From Christensenella sp. UBA1750 (GTDB lineage: Bacteria > Bacillota > Clostridia > Christensenellales > UBA1750), in contig DCHO01000049.1 in the NCBI GenBank assembly GCA_002315655.1, positions 1 to 61,797 of the forward strand: 61,797 bases of DNA. The letters run 5' to 3'. Numbering within the stretch: position 1 is the stretch's first letter; each line of letters starts with the position of its first letter. A program made the translations under genes and the position numbers. Below are positions 56,116 through 61,797 of this stretch, in pieces. The notes under the pieces were generated by a model. It did no database searches and was not told where the DNA came from. It worked only from the letters and a program-made list of their open reading frames with translations.

Positions 56116-56979
56116 ATGGATGTGACCGACCTTCTGCCGGGGCAGTACAGGAATTTGATTGCCTCGTACATGACCGATTCCGTCCGGGAGATTCGCTTTC
56201 GCATCGGGCGGGAATGTGTGCTGTGCGGGCAAAACAATGTATTCGTGAAGGATTTCAAGCCTTCTGCAGAGGATGTGCGGAAGCTTCTTCTGCATCTGTG
56301 CGATTACGCGCTCTACGCTCACGAAGAACAGCTCAAAAGCGGTTATATGACCCTGTCCGGCGGGCATCGCGTGGGCATCGCAGGGAGCTTCGTCACGGAA
56401 AACGGAAAGCCTGTGCGCCTATCGGACGTGCAGAGCCTTTGCATCCGCGTAGCGCGTCAGATTCCCGTGCGCAAAGAGGTGAGCGATCTGTTCTTTGCGG
56501 GAAAAGAGCCGCTGTCTTCGCTGATTCTGTCCCCTCCGGGCATGGGGAAAACCACCCTTTTGCGGGAAATTGCCAAAATCGCGGGGGACAATGGGATTCA
56601 GACCGCCATTGCGGACGAGCGTGGGGAGCTGGCGGCGTGCTTTCGGGGTGAACCGCAGTTGGATGTGGGCAAATGCACCGATGTGATGGAGAATCTGCCT
56701 AAAAGCGCGGCGATTCCGATGCTGGTTCGTGCCATGTCACCGAGGCTCATTGTATGCGATGAGATCGGGTCGATGGAGGACAAAACCGCCATTGAGGAGG
56801 CGGTGCGCTGCGGATGCAAGGTGCTGTGCAGCGCCCACGGAAACGGGATTCCCGACGCGAAGAAGCGGCACAATCTGTCCGGGCTTTTGCAGGAGCGCGT
56901 TTTTGACCGCATTGTGGTGCTGGGCGTGGAGGTAGGGCGGGTGTGCGGGGTCTACGACGGGGAGGGAAAGCCGTGCTGA
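56116..56979 (+). CDS. spoIIIAA: Stage III sporulation protein AA (ATPase)
   Basis: EIRFR, GYMTLSGGHRVGIAG, SPPGMGKTTLLR, ADERGE, MSPRLIVCDEIG. Confidence 0.92.
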   Translation: MDVTDLLPGQYRNLIASYMTDSVREIRFRIGRECVLCGQNNVFVKDFKPSAEDVRKLLLHLCDYALYAHEEQLKSGYMTLSGGHRVGIAGSFVTENGKPVRLSDVQSLCIRVARQIPVRKEVSDLFFAGKEPLSSLILSPPGMGKTTLLREIAKIAGDNGIQTAIADERGELAACFRGEPQLDVGKCTDVMENLPKSAAIPMLVRAMSPRLIVCDEIGSMEDKTAIEEAVRCGCKVLCSAHGNGIPDAKKRHNLSGLLQERVFDRIVVLGVEVGRVCGVYDGEGKPC

Positions 56980-57449
56980 AGGTGCTGGGAATGATTCTGT
57001 GCAGTCTGTCGCTGTGTGTTTTAGGTTTCCTGTCGGTGTGGCTCTCGAAGAAGCGATTGGACGCGGGAAAGGATGCCGTCCACTGCCTGAACCTGCTTGC
57101 CACGGAGATCTGCGACCTCAAAAAGCCGATAAGCCGCGCTCTTGCCGACCTGTCTTTTGCGGGAAATCTGATTAAAATCATCAGTCTTGTGCCCCAGCCC
57201 TGGACGGAAGAAACACTGAAAGGAAAGCTCAAAGAAACAGGCTTGGGCGGGGAGGAAACTTCCGTTGTGGCAAAGCTGCTTATGGAGATTCCCGCCATGC
57301 CGACGGGGCGCAGGGAGGCCTTTTTGACGGCAATACAGGAACTCAACGCTATTGTGACCATGCGGCAAGAAGCGCTGAAAAACACGGGGAGCTTATATCC
57401 GAAGTTAGGGCTGCTCTCGGGGGCACTGTTGCTTTTGCTGTTTCTGTGA
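56973..57449 (+). CDS. spoIIIAB: Stage III sporulation protein AB
   Basis: Position and size; C-terminal LYPKLGLLSGALLLLLF. Confidence 0.75.
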   Translation: MLKVLGMILCSLSLCVLGFLSVWLSKKRLDAGKDAVHCLNLLATEICDLKKPISRALADLSFAGNLIKIISLVPQPWTEETLKGKLKETGLGGEETSVVAKLLMEIPAMPTGRREAFLTAIQELNAIVTMRQEALKNTGSLYPKLGLLSGALLLLLFL

Positions 57450-57464
57450 CATAGGAGGACGAAA

Positions 57465-57671
57465 ATGAAGCTTTCGGTTGAACTGCTTTTCCGGGTGGCG
57501 GCCATCGGGCTTGTGATGGCGCTGGCTTCCACCATATTAAAAAGTGCCGGGCGGGACGATATGGCCATGCTCTGCTCCATCGGCGGGCTGATACTGGCCA
57601 TGCTGCTGGTAGCGCAGGGAATATCCTCCCTGTTTTCCCAGGTGCAGGAGCTGTTCCCGCTGTATGGATAA
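57465..57671 (+). CDS. spoIIIAC: Stage III sporulation protein AC
   Basis: LLFRVAAIGL...ILKSAGRDD.A; 68 aa with two TMs. Confidence 0.85.
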   Translation: MKLSVELLFRVAAIGLVMALASTILKSAGRDDMAMLCSIGGLILAMLLVAQGISSLFSQVQELFPLYG

Positions 57672-58048
57672 TGAACCTGCTGAAAATTGCCGGAATCACT
57701 CTATGCGGTGCGGCGGCTTGCCTGTTTTTGCAGGCCACGGGGAAAAAGGAGCTGGCGATTCTTGCCGAGCTGACCGCCGGAATCGTGCTGTTTGCCTACG
57801 GGCTGTGCGCCGCAAAAGCGCAGCTCGGAGACATGAATCTGCTGTTTTCCGAGGACGAAACGGTTGTGCTCGCGTTCAGAATGACGGGCATTGCGCTGTG
57901 CATGGAACTGATGGTGCAGCTTTGCCGCGATGCGGGGCTGAACACGTTGGCGCAAAAGGCCGAATTGTGCGGGAAAATTCTGCTGCTGTGCCTGTGCGTT
58001 TCCGCGCTAAAGGAGGTGCTGTCCTCTGCGCTGTCCTTGCTCTCCTGA
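57671..58048 (+). CDS. spoIIIAD: Stage III sporulation protein AD
   Basis: LCRDAG...LAQKAELCGKILLL. Confidence 0.88.
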   Translation: MNLLKIAGITLCGAAACLFLQATGKKELAILAELTAGIVLFAYGLCAAKAQLGDMNLLFSEDETVVLAFRMTGIALCMELMVQLCRDAGLNTLAQKAELCGKILLLCLCVSALKEVLSSALSLLS

Positions 58049-58944
58049 TGGTGTTTTTCCCGAAACCCGTTTTTGCCGTTTCCATCGAGGAAGAAACCCG
58101 GCATTTGCTGAAAGAGACCGATTTGACGGCTGTGGAGGAAGCCCTGCCGAATCTGAACGTAAAAGAGCTGCTGGAAAACGCCCTGCGCGGGGAAGGGCTG
58201 GCGGATGCGGAAACATGGAAACAGGCTTTCCGCAAGGCACTCACGGGGAGCGCGGAGGAACTGCTGCCGTCCCTTCTGCGCCTGTGCGGGTATGCGATCC
58301 TGTGCATCACGTTGTCTTTGCTCACGAAGGAGGAAGGTGTCGGCACACTGGCGCAAAGTCTTTTGCACATTTCCGCCCTGCTGCTGCCCGCAAGACAGGC
58401 TGTTGCGCTGATTGTGCGGGTAGGGAACACATTGGACGGCATCGGGAAGCTGTGCGGCGCTGTCACACCGACGGTCTCCGCGCTGCTGCTGGCGGAGGGG
58501 AGCGTGAAGCTCTCGGCGGGCGGACAGGCGGTGGCTTTGTTCGTGATGGACACACTGCTTTCCTTCGCCCAAAGGGTGCTGCTACCTCTATTGAAGGGCA
58601 CGGCGGTGCTGGTGTTGTTTTCTGCTGCCGCTCGGAATCTGCCGCTGAACAAGCTGTGCAAGCTGCCGCTGTCCTTTGCCAAATGGAGCTGCGGCATCGG
58701 CTTTGCGGCGTTTTTAGGGCTGCTGACGGTCAAGGGCATCCCTGCTGTGCGCTATGACGGCGTGACGGTGCGGGCGGCGAAATACGCGGTGGAAAAGCTG
58801 GTGCCGGTGGTCGGGGGCATTTTCAAGGACACCACCGACACCCTGATTGGCTGCGTGCTGCTGCTGCGCGGAGCTTTCGGGATAATAGTTATAATAGGAG
58901 CAAACCGAGAAAAGTGGCTATTTTCAAGGGTTTGCGGCTACTAA
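57994..58944 (+). pseudogene. spoIIIAE: Stage III sporulation protein AE, 3'-truncated at about 58,885 (start uncertain; ATG 58048 is an alternative)
   Basis: DGVTVRAAKYAV...VPVVGG...DT..TLIGC..LLRGAFG, then runs into AT-richer foreign sequence; spoIIIAF-AH absent downstream. Confidence 0.8.
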
Positions 58945-59067
58945 GTCAAATATCGTTATTTGTTTTTACTTAACGGGAAAGACGGCGACAATCCTTGAAA
59001 CAGCTAATAGTTTCTTGATTGCTCTCTGTTTAGCCCAACAACGGAGTGAAAGTGAATAAAGGTATTT

Positions 59068-59110
59068 GACAAAGTAGCCGGAGGCGTAAATGCACCTCTG
59101 GCTACTTGTC
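59068..59110. repeat. Imperfect inverted repeat
   Basis: GACAAAGTAGCCGGAGG...CCTCTGGCTACTTGTC. Confidence 0.6.
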
Positions 59111-59160
59111 GTGCAAAAATACATTTGGCGAAATAAGAAAAATTAAACGGAGAAATGCGT

Positions 59161-59694
59161 ATGAAGACAATAAAACCATTTGAGAAAAAGATTTGGTTAT
59201 CTTCTCCGACAATGCACGGAAAGGAAATTGAATTCGTTACCGATGCCATTGATAAGAATTGGGTGACGACAGCCGGCGAAAACATCAATGATGTCGAGGA
59301 CACTATTACAAAAATTGTCGGTTGCAAATACGCAGTTGGACTTTCCTGCGGCACATCTGCACTTCATCTTTGCATGAAGCTTGCCGGAGTTAAGCCGGAA
59401 GATCTGGTCTTTACCTCCGACACCACTTTCGATGCAACTGTCAACCCCATCACGTATGAAGGCGGTGTCCCTGTTTTCATCGACACCGAATACGATACAT
59501 GGAATATGGACCCGGTGGCGTTAGAAAAGGCGTTTGAAATATATCCACAGGTTAAAGTCGTTGTTGTTGCCAATCTGTATGGCACTCCTGCAAAGCTGGA
59601 TGAAATTGTTGCCATCTGTAAAAAGCATGGAGCAATTTTGATCGAAGATGCCGCTGAATCACTCGGTGCTACATACAAATGCTTGCAGAGCTGA
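59161..59694 (+). pseudogene. 5' fragment of DegT/DnrJ/EryC1/StrS PLP aminotransferase
   Basis: LSSPTMHG, CGTSALHL, LYGTPA, IEDAAESLGATYK, then sequence switches; the PLP-lysine region is missing. Confidence 0.82.
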
Positions 59695-60194
59695 GAACAC
59701 CGGACAAGCAAAAGCTATGGAGTCAGGTGCTATACGGCTACAACGCAGGAAATGAAGATATTGTGGTAATCGCTTTGTCACAGATCGGCAATGTGGGCGG
59801 TGGACCGTACTGGAGTTGGTACGGCTTTAACTCCCGTGTGGAGTGGTGTGCCTGCTTTGTTTCTTGGTGTGCAAATGAAGCCGGATATATTGAGATCGGT
59901 GTGATTCCGAAATTTGCCGGATGCTGCAACGGCGTTGATTGGTTCAAAGATCGTGGTCAGTTCCAGGATAACTCCTATACGCCGAATCCCGGAGATATAA
60001 TCTTTTTCGATTGGGACAGCCCGAATGGTTCATCCGGTCCGCAAGACGGACTGGCAGATCATGTCGGTATTGTCGAAAAGGTTGAGAACGGTATCGTTTA
60101 CACAGTCGAAGGAAACACAAGCGACAGTTGCAGAGAACGGCAATATTCTGTTGGGTATTATGAGATACTTGGCTATGGATTGCCGAGCTATTGA
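59679..60194 (+). pseudogene. 3' fragment of conjugative-element CHAP-domain peptidoglycan hydrolase
   Basis: ALSQIGNVGG.PYWSWYGF..RVEWCACFVSWCA, PGDIIFFDW, DHVGIVE, TVEGNT; no N-terminal part and no clear RBS. Confidence 0.75.
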
Positions 60195-60372
60195 GCGATT
60201 TTTGTTGAAAATATAGAGGTTACAAGAAAAATTAAATAAAATGTTACAGAAACCCATTTGAATGATGTGCGGAACAACTTGATTTTTGCGTGTGAATGTG
60301 CTATAATGCTATTAGAATAGGTTTACTGTATCTAATGGCAAACGAGAAGGGCTTTGAAAGGAGCGTTTATAT

Positions 60373-61797
60373 ATGACATCACTAAAAAAACTTCCGGTAG
60401 GGATTGAGGACTTTTCGGAAATCACGAACGGACGCTATTATTATGTGGATAAGACTGCGTTCATTCGGGATTTGGCGTTAAATCACGACAAGGTCAACCT
60501 GATTACCCGTCCGAGAAGATTCGGCAAAACCCTCAATATGAATATGCTCGAAACCTTCTTTGCCATTGGTGGCGACAAGACGGCTTTTGACGGTCTTGAA
60601 ATCTCAAAGGATAAGGATTTCTGCAATACCTACATGGGAAAATATCCGGTTATCTCTATCAGCTTAAAAGAACTCGACGGTCTTTCTTTTGAGAGCGCTT
60701 TCAAATTGGTAAAAAACTATATTGCTGATGAAGCAGGAAAATTTCTTTTCCTTGCTGATAGTGATAAACTTGATGCAAAAGATAAAGCAGATTTTCAGGC
60801 GTTGTTGCTCAAAGATGAATTCGGAGTGTCCATGATGGACGATGCAGCATTAAAAACAAGCTTGAAATTTCTGTGCGGTCTGCTTTATAAGCATTATGGT
60901 GTCAAACCGATTTTGCTGATAGATGAATACGATGTTCCTTTGGATAAGGCAAATCAGCATGGCTATTATGACGAAATGGTGGATTTGATCCGCAAGCTGT
61001 TCGGAAACGCTCTGAAGACGAATATAGATCTTGAATTTGCGGTTTTGACCGGATGCCTTAGAATTTCCAAAGAGAGTATTTTCACCGGACTTAATAACTT
61101 CTCTGTTTTTCCTGTCAATGAGCCAACATTTTCTGATTATTTCGGCTTTACTGACAAGGAAGTTCGGGATATGCTTGAATATTTCAATTTCACAGACTTG
61201 TATCCCATGTTAAAGGAGTGGTATGACGGTTATCATTTCGGAGATACCGAAATCTATTGCCCGTGGGACATTATCAAATATTGTTCTGATTTGCTGAGAT
61301 TACAGCAGAGAAAAGCGGATGCTACTCTTGAACCCAAAAACTATTGGATCAATACCAGCGAGAATACCGTTATCAGACAGTTGATCGTTCAATCTGATGA
61401 ACAGACAAAAGAAGATATAGAGAAGCTGATTGCGGGCGAATCCTTGCAGAAGGAAATCAATGAATCTCTCACTTACAGCGACATCAATAAGGACGAAACA
61501 AGCATTTGGAGTTTGATGCTTGCAACCGGGTATTTGACCTTTGATTCTTATTCTGGACATACTTATTCCATAAGAATCCCGAATACTGAAATCCGCAGTA
61601 TCTTTGCCGAACAGGTCATGAAATGGTTTAATGACGAAACCGGGAAAGAGCCGGAACGAATTGAGGTACTATGTTCCGCTGTTGAAAATGGAGATGCACA
61701 GGGCTTTGAAAAAAGCTTTTCGGATTATCTTCTTGACACTATCAGCATCCGTGACACGAGTGTACGCAAGTTGAGAAAAGAAAACTTCTATCATGGA
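60373..61797 (+). CDS. AAA-ATPase-like protein (family usually carrying a C-terminal PD-(D/E)XK nuclease), runs off the window end
   Basis: LPVGIEDF, YYVDKT, TRPRRFGKTL, LIDEYDVP, LTGCLRISKESIFTGLNN, WYDGY, NYWINTS; open frame to 61797. Confidence 0.88.
   Translation, partial: MTSLKKLPVGIEDFSEITNGRYYYVDKTAFIRDLALNHDKVNLITRPRRFGKTLNMNMLETFFAIGGDKTAFDGLEISKDKDFCNTYMGKYPVISISLKELDGLSFESAFKLVKNYIADEAGKFLFLADSDKLDAKDKADFQALLLKDEFGVSMMDDAALKTSLKFLCGLLYKHYGVKPILLIDEYDVPLDKANQHGYYDEMVDLIRKLFGNALKTNIDLEFAVLTGCLRISKESIFTGLNNFSVFPVNEPTFSDYFGFTDKEVRDMLEYFNFTDLYPMLKEWYDGYHFGDTEIYCPWDIIKYCSDLLRLQQRKADATLEPKNYWINTSENTVIRQLIVQSDEQTKEDIEKLIAGESLQKEINESLTYSDINKDETSIWSLMLATGYLTFDSYSGHTYSIRIPNTEIRSIFAEQVMKWFNDETGKEPERIEVLCSAVENGDAQGFEKSFSDYLLDTISIRDTSVRKLRKENFYHG

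Larger units (their letters stand above)
58882..61797. mobile_element. Left end of putative integrated element or decayed island interrupting spoIIIAE
   Basis: Abrupt composition change, imperfect inverted repeat 58900-58935, cargo of an EPS aminotransferase fragment, an ICE-type CHAP fragment and an AAA ATPase; no integrase within the window. Confidence 0.55.

Noticed and set aside
61300-61560. 86-aa minus-strand ORF
   Set aside because: Antisense to the AAA-ATPase gene; no supporting features
1-61797. tRNA, rRNA, CRISPR array or intact transposase/integrase
   Set aside because: None recognised by eye; tRNAscan-SE, barrnap, CRISPRCasFinder and ISEScan would be needed to exclude them formally

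Overview
A 61.8 kb GC-rich chromosomal segment from a spore-forming Clostridia-like Firmicute (inferred from spoIIP, gpr, spoIIIA, sepF/divIVA and hisZ-type hisG). Most of it is syntenic housekeeping DNA: minDE, darA-holB-ricT, trmN6-yabM-yabN-hup, yggS-sepF-yggT-ylmH-divIVA-lspA-rluD, rqcH, a his operon, a WalRK-like two-component system with two GerMN proteins, holA-rpsT-gpr-spoIIP, murI and spoIIIAA-AE. Accessory genes are interspersed. The strongest unusual signals are: (1) a his operon with hisH cleanly absent and a HisF-HisI-HisE triple fusion whose HisF has lost the HisH-contacting residues D98 and Q123 but kept catalytic D11/D130, a candidate glutaminase-free, ammonia-dependent IGP synthase; (2) spoIIIAE cut off at about 58,885 by AT-richer foreign DNA, a possible skin-like element in a mother-cell sporulation gene, although a chimeric assembly cannot be excluded; (3) a riboswitch-like leader of no class I recognise, with a terminator/antiterminator switch, upstream of an ECF S-component; (4) a SigB-like sigma factor paired with an RsbW-like protein lacking kinase motifs and with no adjacent rsbV; (5) an unannotated 68-aa, 13-Cys microprotein. 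No rRNA, tRNA or CRISPR array was seen. All family assignments come from motif recognition by eye, not database searches.
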